DNA of 64,000 bases from an uncultured Armatimonadetes bacterium (GTDB lineage: Bacteria > Armatimonadota > Hebobacteria > Hebobacterales > Hebobacteraceae). The DNA is taken from the NCBI GenBank assembly GCA_963716175.1, contig OY970296.1:1728001-1792000 (forward strand). The letters run 5' to 3'. The position numbers and the translations under genes were made by a program. Within the stretch, counting starts at the first letter, position 1. Each line of letters begins with the position of its first letter. Below, one piece after another: positions 49,219-58,094 of this stretch. Below the pieces are notes generated by a model. It searched no databases. It saw only the letters and a program-made list of their open reading frames with translations, and had not been told where the DNA came from.

Positions 49219-49818
49219 ATGACCTGGGACTTGGCTTCTCACCAACGGCGATCGCTCCGGTTAGCAGGCTATGACTACCGACGACCAGGGGTTTACTACT
49301 TGACTATCTGCGCGGCCGATCGAGCGTGTACGTTCGGGCGTATGGATGGAGGCAAAGTGAGGGTAAGCTCGGTCGGGAAGATGGTGGCCGAGGAATGGGT
49401 GCGATCATGCGAAGTGCGGCCGGAAATGGCACTCGATGACTGGGTACTGATGCCCAACCACCTTCATGGAATCGTCACCATCACCGCGGGGGCGCATCGC
49501 CATGCGCCCCTACCTCTGGGCCTGCGGTGGCCGGAGGGTAAGCTGCCATTTGACTCCGCGCCCTTGCACAGGCCCTCCCGTTCTCTGGGCTCCTTCGTGG
49601 CAGGGTTCAAAGGCGCCGTCACCCGCCGTGTGATCGCGATGAAGGGCTCACAGATCACACCGGTATGGCAACGCGGGTACTACGAACATGTCGTTCGTGA
49701 TGAGGACGACCTCGAACGCGTCCGGGAGTACATCCGCGAGAACCCGCGCCGATGGGCAGAGGATACCGAGAATCCCGAAAGTAGGGGCGCATGGCAATGC
49801 GCCCGATCACTCAGATGA
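49219..49818 (+). CDS. REP-associated tyrosine transposase (RAYT, HUH Y1)
   Basis: RRSLRL.GYDY, YYLTIC, MPNHLH (HUH), WQRGYYEHVVR, YIRENP. Confidence 0.88.
   Translation: MTWDLASHQRRSLRLAGYDYRRPGVYYLTICAADRACTFGRMDGGKVRVSSVGKMVAEEWVRSCEVRPEMALDDWVLMPNHLHGIVTITAGAHRHAPLPLGLRWPEGKLPFDSAPLHRPSRSLGSFVAGFKGAVTRRVIAMKGSQITPVWQRGYYEHVVRDEDDLERVREYIRENPRRWAEDTENPESRGAWQCARSLR
49490..49804. repeat. Inverted pair of GTAG REPs inside the RAYT CDS
   Basis: GTAG-GGGCGCAT-GGCR-ATGCGCCC at 49490-49513 (-) and 49781-49804 (+). Confidence 0.75.
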
Positions 49819-49866
49819 CGTAGGCAGGCCGCAGAACCGCACCAGCGCGGGTGGATGGCGCCGACT

Positions 49867-50724
49867 TTACAGAGTAGCCTCCACCGCCCTCAGGTAGTCT
49901 ATCCCTTCCCTGAGCTTCTGCTCCACCGGCAGCTCGCGGAAGTCCTCGATGCTGACGAAGCCGGTGTAGCCCAGGGCTTTGAGCTTCCTGAGCATGCGCG
50001 GAAAGCTGTACAGCCCCTCGCCCATGGGTACGCCGGGCCATTCCCACTCCACCGTTCCCACCGCGTCCTTGCCTTTCTCGACGGGCCGATGGCCGCCGGC
50101 GTGGACGTGCCCGACATAGGGGCCCAGCAGCTCGAGCGCCAGTTCGGTGGTCTCATACCCATCTGTCACCATGTTCTGGGGGTCGTAGATGACACAGATG
50201 CGCTCGGGCGGCCAGTGGGACACGATGCGATGGGCGAGGGAGGCACTGGGATGGATAGTGCCCCCATGAATCTCCAGCGCCGCCTTCACCTGGTACCCGG
50301 CAATCGCGTCTAGCATCTTGCCGAAGGCCTCCACCGCCTCCTGGTAGAGAACGTGGTAGTCCACTGAGCCATGGTAGCGCCGCGGACATCCGACGCGGAT
50401 GAACGGCGCGCCGCAAGCCCGCGCCCCTTCCGCCAGCAGCTTCACTTGCTCGATGTCGTCTGCCCCCGGGTTGCTGGCGAGGCCGGCAATGGCCAGCCCG
50501 TGGTCGGCCGCCACCTGTTTCATGCGGCCGGCGCTGGCGGCGAAGTTCTCGGGCGTCAAGTCGTTCTTATGCGCGCCCCACTCGCTGAAGGGCTGGCGCC
50601 GCGTCTCCTCCGAGACTCGCCTCACCCGCCACTCCACGCCGTCGTAGCCCAAGCGCTGGAGAAGGGCGGCCTGCTCCTCCATGGTGACTTGAGGAAGCAT
50701 GACACTGGTAGCGCTGTAACGCAT
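49867..50724 (-). CDS. Sugar phosphate isomerase/epimerase (xylose isomerase-like TIM barrel)
   Basis: GYDGVEW, LEIH, IYDPQN, HVH, G.VSIED. Confidence 0.85.
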   Translation of the reverse strand: MRYSATSVMLPQVTMEEQAALLQRLGYDGVEWRVRRVSEETRRQPFSEWGAHKNDLTPENFAASAGRMKQVAADHGLAIAGLASNPGADDIEQVKLLAEGARACGAPFIRVGCPRRYHGSVDYHVLYQEAVEAFGKMLDAIAGYQVKAALEIHGGTIHPSASLAHRIVSHWPPERICVIYDPQNMVTDGYETTELALELLGPYVGHVHAGGHRPVEKGKDAVGTVEWEWPGVPMGEGLYSFPRMLRKLKALGYTGFVSIEDFRELPVEQKLREGIDYLRAVEATL

Positions 50725-50795
50725 TCTCGCCTCCTGTGGAAACCAGGTGGGCCTGTACCACCAGGCGCCGGAATCTCCTGCCAGGCGAAGAGGCG

Positions 50796-50824
50796 CGTAG
50801 CACGAATCAGGGAATCATGTTACG
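50796..50824. promoter_or_regulatory. Candidate NikR-type operator
   Basis: CGTAGCA-N15-TGTTACG dyad 18 bp before nikM. Confidence 0.55.
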
Positions 50825-50842
50825 TGTAGGCAGGACAGGATC

Positions 50843-51538
50843 GTGCACATTCCCGAAGGCTATCTCGGTCCGCAGACCTACGGGGCCGCTTATGCGGTGA
50901 TGGTCCCGATCTGGTGGCTGGCCGGGCGCGCCGCAAAGCGCACGCTGAGCGCGCGCAAGGTGCCATTGCTGGCGATTGGCGCGGCCTTCAGCTTCGTGAT
51001 CATGATGTTCAACATCCCCATCCCGGGCGGCTCCACGGGGCACGCCACCGGAGCGCCGCTGGTGGCGATTCTGCTCGGCCCCTGGGCGGGGGTGCTGGTG
51101 ATCTCGGTGGTGCTGGCGGTGCAGGCCTTCCTGTTCGGGGATGGCGGCATCACCGCACTGGGCGCGAACTGCTTCAACATGGCCTTCGTGCTGCCGTTCT
51201 CCAGCTACGCGGTCTACCGGCTGATTTCGCTCGGCTCTGCGGCCAGCTCTCGCCGCCGCACCATCGCCGCGGGCGCCGCGGGCTATGTGGGTCTCAACCT
51301 GGCGGCGCTGACCACAGCCGTGATGTTCGGCCTGCAGCCACTGCTGGCGCACGCCGCCGATGGCCGGCCTCTCTACAGCCCCTATCCGCTCGGGGTGGCG
51401 GTTCCGGTCATGGTCGGCTGGCACCTGCTGGTCTTCGGGTGGGTGGAGGCGATTGTCACCGCGCTGGCGGTGGCCTACTTCGCGGCCACTGAGCCCGGGC
51501 TACTGGCCCCGGCGCCGGCGACGGAGAAGGCGAGCTGA
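50843..51538 (+). CDS. nikM: ECF Ni/Co transporter S component (NikM/CbiM)
   Basis: N-terminal MHIPEGYL, GSTGHATG, FGDGGITALGAN.FNMA. Confidence 0.85.
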   Translation: MHIPEGYLGPQTYGAAYAVMVPIWWLAGRAAKRTLSARKVPLLAIGAAFSFVIMMFNIPIPGGSTGHATGAPLVAILLGPWAGVLVISVVLAVQAFLFGDGGITALGANCFNMAFVLPFSSYAVYRLISLGSAASSRRRTIAAGAAGYVGLNLAALTTAVMFGLQPLLAHAADGRPLYSPYPLGVAVPVMVGWHLLVFGWVEAIVTALAVAYFAATEPGLLAPAPATEKAS

Positions 51539-51882
51539 TGCGGACGCGCGCTCTCTGGGTGGTCGTGGCTCTGCTGGCAGTGCTCACCCCCCTCGGCCTG
51601 TGGCTGCCGCAGCGCCTGGGCGCGAGAGAGGCCTGGGGAGAGTGGGCGCCGGAGGAAGTGGGCCGACAGCTCGGGTTCGTGCCCCGCGGGCTGGGCCGTC
51701 TGGCCGACCTCTGGAAAGCGCCGATCCCCGACTATGCGCCTCGGGGTTGGGAGGCGAGACCGTTCCTGCAGCAGGGCCTGGCCTATGTGTTCTCTGCTCT
51801 GCTGGGCATCGCGGTCTGTGCCGCCGCCATCTGGCTGCTGGGCCGTGTGATCGCGCGCCGGGAAAGAAGCGATGCTCCCTGA
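51538..51882 (+). CDS. NikN-like (PDGLE-type) auxiliary component
   Basis: PLGL...AWGEW...APIPDY...Y..SA..G. Confidence 0.75.
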   Translation: MRTRALWVVVALLAVLTPLGLWLPQRLGAREAWGEWAPEEVGRQLGFVPRGLGRLADLWKAPIPDYAPRGWEARPFLQQGLAYVFSALLGIAVCAAAIWLLGRVIARRERSDAP

Positions 51883-52807
51883 CTGGGTATCTCAGCCGGC
51901 CGCGCCGCGACCCTTGCGGGCACGGGGGAGTGGTCGCTTCCTCGAGCGCTCTCTGCGCCAGAGCGCGCGGCTGGTGGAGGAGGCGGTGTTCGCGGAGCGC
52001 GTCGCTCGCCGCCCCGGGTTCCTTCAGCGCCTCGACCCGCGGGTGAAGCTGCTGTCCCTGGTCGGGCTGCTGGTGGCGGCCAGCTTCCTGCGCCATCTGC
52101 CTTCTCTGTGGCTGCTGGCGGGCGGTGTGGTGGCGGCGGCCGCGCTCTCGCGAGTTGGGCTGCGGGTGCTCTTTCATCGGGCGTGGTGGTTTCTTCCGGC
52201 AACGTTTGTGCTGATCGCCCTGCCGGCCGCCCTCAGTCTGATCACACCAGGTGACCCTCTGGTGATCCTCTACCGCAACGAGGCCCTGACCAGGATCGGT
52301 CCGCTGTCTCTGCCTTCCGAGGTGAGCATTACCCGGCAGGGCCTGGCGGCGGCCGGTCTGGTGATCACGCGGCTCTTCCTGGGGGTGCTGCTGGCGGTCA
52401 CCTTGACCCTGACGACACGTTGGCAGGACCTGCTGAAGGCCGCTTACACCACGGCGACGGCGCCCTTTGTGCTGACGCTGGCGATGACCTATCGCTATCT
52501 GTTCGTGCTGCTCCGCACGGCAGAGAACATGCACCTGGGTCGGCAGGCGCGCACCATATCGCCCGCGCCGCTCGCCGAGCAGCACCGCTGGGTGGGAGGC
52601 CGCATCGCCGCCCTCTTTCTCCGATCGCGCCGCCTGAGTGAAGAGGTCTACCAGGCGATGGTGGCGCGGGGGTATCGAGGGGAACCGAAGGGATTGGCAT
52701 CCGCTCGCTTCCGGCTGGCGGAGGCGGGCTGGCTGCTGGGTTGCGCGGCCGCGGCCGCGTTGGCTCTCTTCCTGGACCGCGGCGTGCTGGCGGTGCTGCG
52801 ATGGTGA
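51872..52807 (+). CDS. ECF transmembrane component NikQ/CbiQ
   Basis: LQRLDPRVKL, MTYRYLF, AMVARGY. Confidence 0.88.
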   Translation: MLPDWVSQPAAPRPLRARGSGRFLERSLRQSARLVEEAVFAERVARRPGFLQRLDPRVKLLSLVGLLVAASFLRHLPSLWLLAGGVVAAAALSRVGLRVLFHRAWWFLPATFVLIALPAALSLITPGDPLVILYRNEALTRIGPLSLPSEVSITRQGLAAAGLVITRLFLGVLLAVTLTLTTRWQDLLKAAYTTATAPFVLTLAMTYRYLFVLLRTAENMHLGRQARTISPAPLAEQHRWVGGRIAALFLRSRRLSEEVYQAMVARGYRGEPKGLASARFRLAEAGWLLGCAAAAALALFLDRGVLAVLRW

Positions 52808-53610
52808 ACGGAATCTTCCGCGTGAGTTCGGTCAGCTATCACTACCCTGACGGCCGGCCGGGCCTCGAGCAGGCGTCGCTTTCGATAGCGGAGCACGAGA
52901 GCCTGGTGATCCTGGGCGCCAATGCTTCGGGGAAGTCCACGCTGCTGCGCCTGCTGGCCGGCCTGGCCTTCCCCGCCACGGGTTCGATTCACGCCTTCGA
53001 TGTCAGGCTGAGCGAGGCGGCGCTGCGCGATGGAGAGTTCGGGCGGAGGTTTCGCCAGCGGGTGGGCTTGCTGTTTCAAGAAGTGGAGGCGATGCTCTTC
53101 AACCCTACGGTCTACGACGAGATCGCATTCGGCCCGCTCCAGCTCGACCTGCCAGCGGAGGAGGTGCGCCGCCGGGTGGAGGAGATGATCGCGCTGCTGG
53201 GGCTGAGAGACATTGCCCAGCAGCCGCCTCATGCCCTCAGCGGCGGCGAGAAAAAGAAGGTGGCGCTGGCGGCGCTGCTCGCGGTCTCGCCGGAGGTGCT
53301 GCTGCTGGACGAGCCCACCGCCGGCCTGGACCCGCGCTTTCAGCGCTGGTTCGTGGAGACCGCAGTGGAGCTGCGGGGCCTGGGGAAGACGCTGGTCACT
53401 GCCACCCACGACCTTCACATCGTGCCGGAGATCGGCGACCGGGTGATCGTGCTGGGGGAGGACCACCGGATCGCCGCCGCCGGCCCGCCCTCCGAAATCC
53501 TGAGCAACGTCGAGCTGCTGCTCGCGGTGAACCTGATCCACGAACATGCGCACCCACACGATGGTGACATACACCTGCACCCGCACGCGCATTTGCATGG
53601 GCACTGCTGA
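52801..53610 (+). CDS. ECF ATPase NikO/CbiO with His-rich tail
   Basis: GANASGKST, LSGGEKK, LLLDEPT, HEHAHPHDGDIHLHPHAHLHGH. Confidence 0.9.
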   Translation: MVNGIFRVSSVSYHYPDGRPGLEQASLSIAEHESLVILGANASGKSTLLRLLAGLAFPATGSIHAFDVRLSEAALRDGEFGRRFRQRVGLLFQEVEAMLFNPTVYDEIAFGPLQLDLPAEEVRRRVEEMIALLGLRDIAQQPPHALSGGEKKKVALAALLAVSPEVLLLDEPTAGLDPRFQRWFVETAVELRGLGKTLVTATHDLHIVPEIGDRVIVLGEDHRIAAAGPPSEILSNVELLLAVNLIHEHAHPHDGDIHLHPHAHLHGHC

Positions 53611-53703
53611 AGATCAGCCGCGGTTGAACGCGGATGAACGCAGATGCAGCCGCAATCCCGTCCCGGCAAGAGAAAGCCTGGAATTCCTCGGTGAGATTCC
53701 AGT

Positions 53704-54285
53704 TCAATCCGTCGGACGAAATGCTTCGTAGTCCGGCCTATCGTGCGGCGTCCCGAGCCCAGTGGCAAAGCTGGGCACGCCCGCTGGCCTCCGGCCTTGC
53801 AGTAGGTCTCTGGCCAAGGCCCGCAGTTCACACGGGAACAGCGCCTCATCCTCTATCTGTGCGAGGGGGAGCCATTCGCCAGGCGCGCCCTCGCCGTCTT
53901 TGAGTTGCAGTGGCGCCTCTTGATTATCGAGCAACCGGGCCCAGAGGTACACCTCTAGACCGTAAGCATGGTTGGGATAATCCCCTTCCTGCCCCCAGCC
54001 AGTCGCCTTCTTTGCCGCCACCACAGAGACGTTTTTGGGGATCACCCACTCCCTGAGGAAGGCCACAGACTTGACCTGCACCCCTAACCCCGTCTCTTCC
54101 AGCACTTCCCTTTCCCCTGCCTCATAGAGCGTCTCGTTCGGCTCCAGCCCTCCGCCAGGAAGGCAGCGATAGTGCTGCGGGCCGCGACCCGCAAGGTCTG
54201 GCCCCGGGGTGTTGAGCAGCATCTTGCCCTCGTGGACGACGATGACCCGCGTGCGGATGTGGCGGTAGATATTGTGAGTGAACAT
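53704..54285 (-). CDS. NUDIX hydrolase
   Basis: PGGGLEPNETLYEAGEREVLEETG Nudix box. Confidence 0.85.
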   Translation of the reverse strand: MFTHNIYRHIRTRVIVVHEGKMLLNTPGPDLAGRGPQHYRCLPGGGLEPNETLYEAGEREVLEETGLGVQVKSVAFLREWVIPKNVSVVAAKKATGWGQEGDYPNHAYGLEVYLWARLLDNQEAPLQLKDGEGAPGEWLPLAQIEDEALFPCELRALARDLLQGRRPAGVPSFATGLGTPHDRPDYEAFRPTD

Positions 54286-54314
54286 GATACCCCCCTCCAG
54301 CCGTGGTCGGCGGG

Positions 54315-54539
54315 CTACAGCGCCAGGAATTCGTCCACCGAGAGCCCGGCTTCTCTGACAACCGCTCTCACGGTGCCCTCTGGCAAGTCGCCGGGGTGGT
54401 TCGGGACGGTAATCCGGCGTCTGGTCACGGGGTGCCGCCAGATTTCATGACTCCCCTTTGCCTGGCGGTCGAAGACAAAGCCCGCGCGCCGCAGCCGCGA
54501 GATTACGTCGGTTGCCGAGAGGCCGGCCAGTCTCCCCAC
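54315..54539 (-). CDS. hicA: HicA-family toxin
   Basis: GF...RQAKGSHEIW....ITVP.H..DLP.GT. Confidence 0.9.
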   Translation of the reverse strand: MGRLAGLSATDVISRLRRAGFVFDRQAKGSHEIWRHPVTRRRITVPNHPGDLPEGTVRAVVREAGLSVDEFLAL

Positions 54540-54781
54540 TACGCAGCCACGGCAATGCGGAGATGGATGGGTTCCCCTGAAGCCTGTGGCAGTTCGGGGG
54601 GAAGCGGGTCCCCGTGCTCCAGACACGACTCAATCAGCTTCCTCGCGACGTCTTGAGCGATCTCCAGTGTTTCGGCCAGAGTTCGACCCTGTGCAACCAA
54701 TCCCTGGAGCACCGGACTGGTAGCCAAATACCCGCCCTCAGGTAGCTTCTCGACTACAATCTCCAGCAGATGCTCGGCCAT
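54539..54781 (-). CDS. hicB: HicB-family antitoxin (short form)
   Basis: EGGYLATSP.LQGLVAQGRT..E.LE.A.D......GDPLP. Confidence 0.88.
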   Translation of the reverse strand: MAEHLLEIVVEKLPEGGYLATSPVLQGLVAQGRTLAETLEIAQDVARKLIESCLEHGDPLPPELPQASGEPIHLRIAVAA

Positions 54782-54878
54782 AATCCTCTCCGCATCTGCA
54801 TTATAGCACAATCCGCGGGCCTGGCCCTCTTCGGGAGGCGGGTTCGCGTCCACTTGTGCTATAATGCCATCGGCAAGC

Positions 54879-55205
54879 TGTGATCGTGCTAGACGGGGAG
54901 CTAGCGGTGCCCTGCACCCGCAATCCGCTATAGCGGGGTCGAACTCCCGTCCGAGGGCGTGTCGTTTGGGGTCTGTGGGGGCGTAAGCGGTGTTGACGGT
55001 CGGGCCCTGCGCAGCGGGCGCTTTGCGAACCCCGTCAGGTCCGGAAGGAAGCAGCGGTAAGCAACGGGGCCTGTGTGCCGCAGACCGTCCGACCCGAGTG
55101 GCTAGGCCTGCCTATGGCAGGCCGCCACCCCGGCCCGAAAGGGCTTAGGGGCCGGCTGCGCTCATTCCGCCTGGGCGATCCGTTCGACGGCGGGTGCACG
55201 ATCAC
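54879..55205 (+). ncRNA. ffs: Large (Alu-domain) bacterial SRP RNA carrying a 53-bp insertion
   Basis: CGTGCTAGACGGGG...GCGGTGCCCTG Alu domain, TCAGGTCCGGAAGGAAGCAGC domain IV (55035-55055), terminal pairing GTGATCGTGC/GCACGATCAC; terminator at 55210-55237. Confidence 0.93.
55099..55151. mobile_element. 53-bp twin-hairpin miniature element inside ffs
   Basis: TGGCTAGGCCTGCCTATGGCAGGCCGCCA-CCCCGGCCCGAAAGGGCTTAGGGG; same ends as 35001-35256, and the same 5' end as the copy starting at 63952. Confidence 0.75.
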
Positions 55206-55399
55206 TTATGGGGCGGGGTCTAAGACCCCGCCCTTCTACTTCGCCCCAGCCCGTCTGCCTTCCCGAGACCCCAGAAGCCGGCCTAGACGGCGCAAATCGC
55301 GTTTCTGGCCAGGGCAGAGGTCAAGGCAGCGCCACGGGCGAAAAACCCGCAGGGCCTGCCATCAGTCTCGGGACCTAACGCCTTCCAGGAGAGACGACG

Positions 55400-56428
55400 A
55401 TGACGGTCTGCCGACATCTGCTGCTGATGCTAGGTCTGGCCGTGGTTGTGCTTCAGAGTGATCCTGCCGGCGCCTCCGCCGCCTTCGCATCGCCGAGCAT
55501 CCCCAAGACAGTGATCTCAAACGGCGTTCTGGAGGCGGTGGTACTGCTGCCTGACCCGAAGGCCGGCTACTACCGGGGCTCGCGATTCGACTGGTCAGGG
55601 CTGATCGCTCGGGTGAAGTATCAGGGCCACACCTATTACGGGGAGTGGAGAACACCCCATGATCCAGAGGGCAATGATGGTGTGGTAGGGCCGGCGGAGG
55701 AGTTCGGCATGGGCGGCCCAGGCCTGCCGGGGCCGCTAGGCTATGCAGAGGCGAGTCCAGGGGGCACGTTCATCAAGATCGGCGTCGGGTTACTGGAGAA
55801 GGTCGAAGAGCCCAGCTATCACTATGGGAACGACTACCGGATAGTCAAGCCGGGGGATTGGAAGATCCAAAGCGGCAAGACCTGGGTGGAATTCCGTCAG
55901 GAGTTGAGGGATGCCAGCGGCTGGGGCTATAGCTACACGAAGAGAGTGAGCCTGGTGAAGGATCGCCCGGAGCTGGTCATCACTCACTCCCTCAAGAATA
56001 CCGGCTCAAAGCCCATCGTGACCAGGCAGTACTGCCACAACTTCACGATCATAGATGATGAGCCCATCGGCCCGGACTACACGGTGCGATTCCCATTCCC
56101 GGTCAAGGCCGAGAGCAGCTTGGGCAACCTTGCGCAGGTGCACGGGAACGCGATCAGCTTCCCCACGACGCTGAAGGAAGACGAGGAGGTGGACGCTGAC
56201 CTCGGCGGCTTCTCAGGATTGGCAGGTGACAACGGGGTGATCATTGAGAACCGGAAGACGAGAGCAGGAGTGAGCGTCAAGGGCGATAGGCCACTGGTGC
56301 AGCTCCACCTCTATGCCGTGACCACCGCGGCCTGCCCCGAGCCATTCGTGCAGATACGAGCCACCCCCGGAGAGCAGGATGACTGGGAGACCAGATACAC
56401 GTTCTTCCAGATGGGGGCGCGTGAGTGA
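55400..56428 (+). CDS. Secreted hypothetical protein, possibly galactose-mutarotase-like fold
   Basis: Signal peptide; PD...GYYRGSRFDWSG, GPAEEF, FIKIGVG, YCHNF, CPEPF. Confidence 0.65.
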   Translation: MTVCRHLLLMLGLAVVVLQSDPAGASAAFASPSIPKTVISNGVLEAVVLLPDPKAGYYRGSRFDWSGLIARVKYQGHTYYGEWRTPHDPEGNDGVVGPAEEFGMGGPGLPGPLGYAEASPGGTFIKIGVGLLEKVEEPSYHYGNDYRIVKPGDWKIQSGKTWVEFRQELRDASGWGYSYTKRVSLVKDRPELVITHSLKNTGSKPIVTRQYCHNFTIIDDEPIGPDYTVRFPFPVKAESSLGNLAQVHGNAISFPTTLKEDEEVDADLGGFSGLAGDNGVIIENRKTRAGVSVKGDRPLVQLHLYAVTTAACPEPFVQIRATPGEQDDWETRYTFFQMGARE

Positions 56429-56570
56429 TGGGGCTGTCACCTCGGTGCCGGGAAGCTCCTGCCCAACGGATAGAAGCGGGCGGAGTCCGCCGCAGCGGAC
56501 TCCGCCCATTGCTTTCCCACCGGCCGGCTCAGCAGAGCAGCCGAGCCGGGCAAGCAGGGCTCGAGCTGAG

Positions 56571-57566
56571 TTAGGTCGCGGGCGACCCTATGCCATCCCA
56601 GGCCTCCGGCATACACTGGCAGTCATAGCCTTCCAGACCGGGATGGGGGTTGGCCCGGGTCCCGGCGGCCGCGATGATCGCATCCGCCGCCCACCAGGCA
56701 GCATGCCCATCCAGGAAGCCGAGGTTGCTGCCGCCCATGTGGCGCGTGTACTGCTTGCGGAAGCTGGAGTCGGTCCAGAACTTGTTGGTAAGGTCGAGGG
56801 ACAGGCCGCAGCTAACGGTGTCCGAACAGTTTTCCCACTGGGCGCCGCAACTGCGGTCCACGTTGGCGCCCCATTTCGTCCGGCACAAGTCGGCGAATGC
56901 GACCTGCTCGAACGCCCACGAGTTGGAATGCGCGGCGTCGGCGGTGATGATGAACTTCACCGGGTCCTCAATGCTGCTCAGCTTTCTGTCGCGGTTCTCC
57001 TCATTGGTGGCGAGGTCAATCTCGGGCGCGCCCGAGTCCGCTGACGGGGTGGCGTACCAATCCGCGTTCTGGTTGGAGTCGGTGACCGTGCCGCCCCAGC
57101 CTTCCGGCCAGCCATACGTGCAGTTGGCGTAGAACCCGCCGTTTTTCCAGTAGCTGAGCCAGTCGGCTCGCCCCGGCACGATCATCCCGGGGTAGTGCAC
57201 CAGCTTGGCGCTTGGGCACCTCCAGACGTCGCGGTTCTTCACGTATTCGTCGAGGACCACCGGCCATTTCAGGTAGGGATTGCCCTGGTAATAGCAGCAG
57301 CCCTGCGTCTCGCAAGAGCCCCCAATGTTAGTTGAGAACCACTGGTAGACCTCCTGCCTGTGCTCGCCAGGCGGGAAACTCTCCCAGTCCCCCACGTACA
57401 TCTGGAAAGCCATAGCGATGTTCTTCACGTTAGAAAGGCACTGAATCTTGCGGGCCGATTCCCGCGCGCGTGCGAAGACCGGGAAGAGCATCGCCGCCAG
57501 GATCGCGATGATCGCGATCACGACCAACAGCTCAATCAGGGTGAAGCCTCTAGCTTTCCGCGTCAT
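56571..57566 (-). CDS. Prepilin-type N-terminal cleavage/methylation + DUF1559 + H-X9-DG protein
   Basis: G|FTLIELLVVIAIIAILAAMLFPVFARARE..R...CLSN, RHMGGSNLGFLDGHA. Confidence 0.93.
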   Translation of the reverse strand: MTRKARGFTLIELLVVIAIIAILAAMLFPVFARARESARKIQCLSNVKNIAMAFQMYVGDWESFPPGEHRQEVYQWFSTNIGGSCETQGCCYYQGNPYLKWPVVLDEYVKNRDVWRCPSAKLVHYPGMIVPGRADWLSYWKNGGFYANCTYGWPEGWGGTVTDSNQNADWYATPSADSGAPEIDLATNEENRDRKLSSIEDPVKFIITADAAHSNSWAFEQVAFADLCRTKWGANVDRSCGAQWENCSDTVSCGLSLDLTNKFWTDSSFRKQYTRHMGGSNLGFLDGHAAWWAADAIIAAAGTRANPHPGLEGYDCQCMPEAWDGIGSPAT

Positions 57567-57775
57567 GTAAGGCCTTGCCTCCTCACGGCAGAATGGGAAC
57601 AGGCCACTCCAGAACCTGGGCCGCCTGCTACCTCCTTTCCGGCGCCTTGATCTCGGCTGGCGAGCCCACTGAAGCCGGCCCGGTTCCCGCGGCGCCGTCG
57701 CGGCCTGCGCCTCAACCAACTTCAACCCAGCCGGTCTAGTGGCTCGCTCGTAGCGCTGAACAGGAATCCCAACAG

Positions 57776-57805
57776 AAAAAGGCGCTCCGCGGATGCGGAA
57801 GCGCC
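57776..57805 (-). terminator. Intrinsic terminator within the 5' leader of the 56571-57566 gene
   Basis: GGCGCTTCCGC-ATCC-GCGGAGCGCC-TTTTT, downstream of TTGACT-17-TACCCT (57948-57976). Confidence 0.7.
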
Positions 57806-58094
57806 TCGTGCTGTCATCCGACGCGTCGCCAAGGCCGGGCACTGCGTCCCGATCCCGGCCGGCAAGTACCAGCCCGAAGCACCCAGCAGGCCGACCATGC
57901 CACCTCTCCAACTGAGAACCACTGTCGGTCTAACGCTTGCCAGGATCAGGGTATCACGGCGGCAGGCTGTAGTCAAGGGAGCGGGCCCGCCTGGGGAGGT
58001 CTGAAAAGTTGGGCGGAGTGCGCCTGAGGCGCACTCCGCCCGGTACTCAACCAACTCCTGCAGACGGGCCGAGGCCGTCCCCGCCCGTGTCAGG

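Noticed and set aside
53623-53646. AACGCGGATGAACGCAGAT short repeat as a separate element
   Set aside because: Single short occurrence; not enough support in this window.
57722-57898. Conserved leader peptide upstream of the prepilin genes
   Set aside because: Both leaders have an ATG ORF, but indels shift the frames relative to each other, so the peptide is not conserved.
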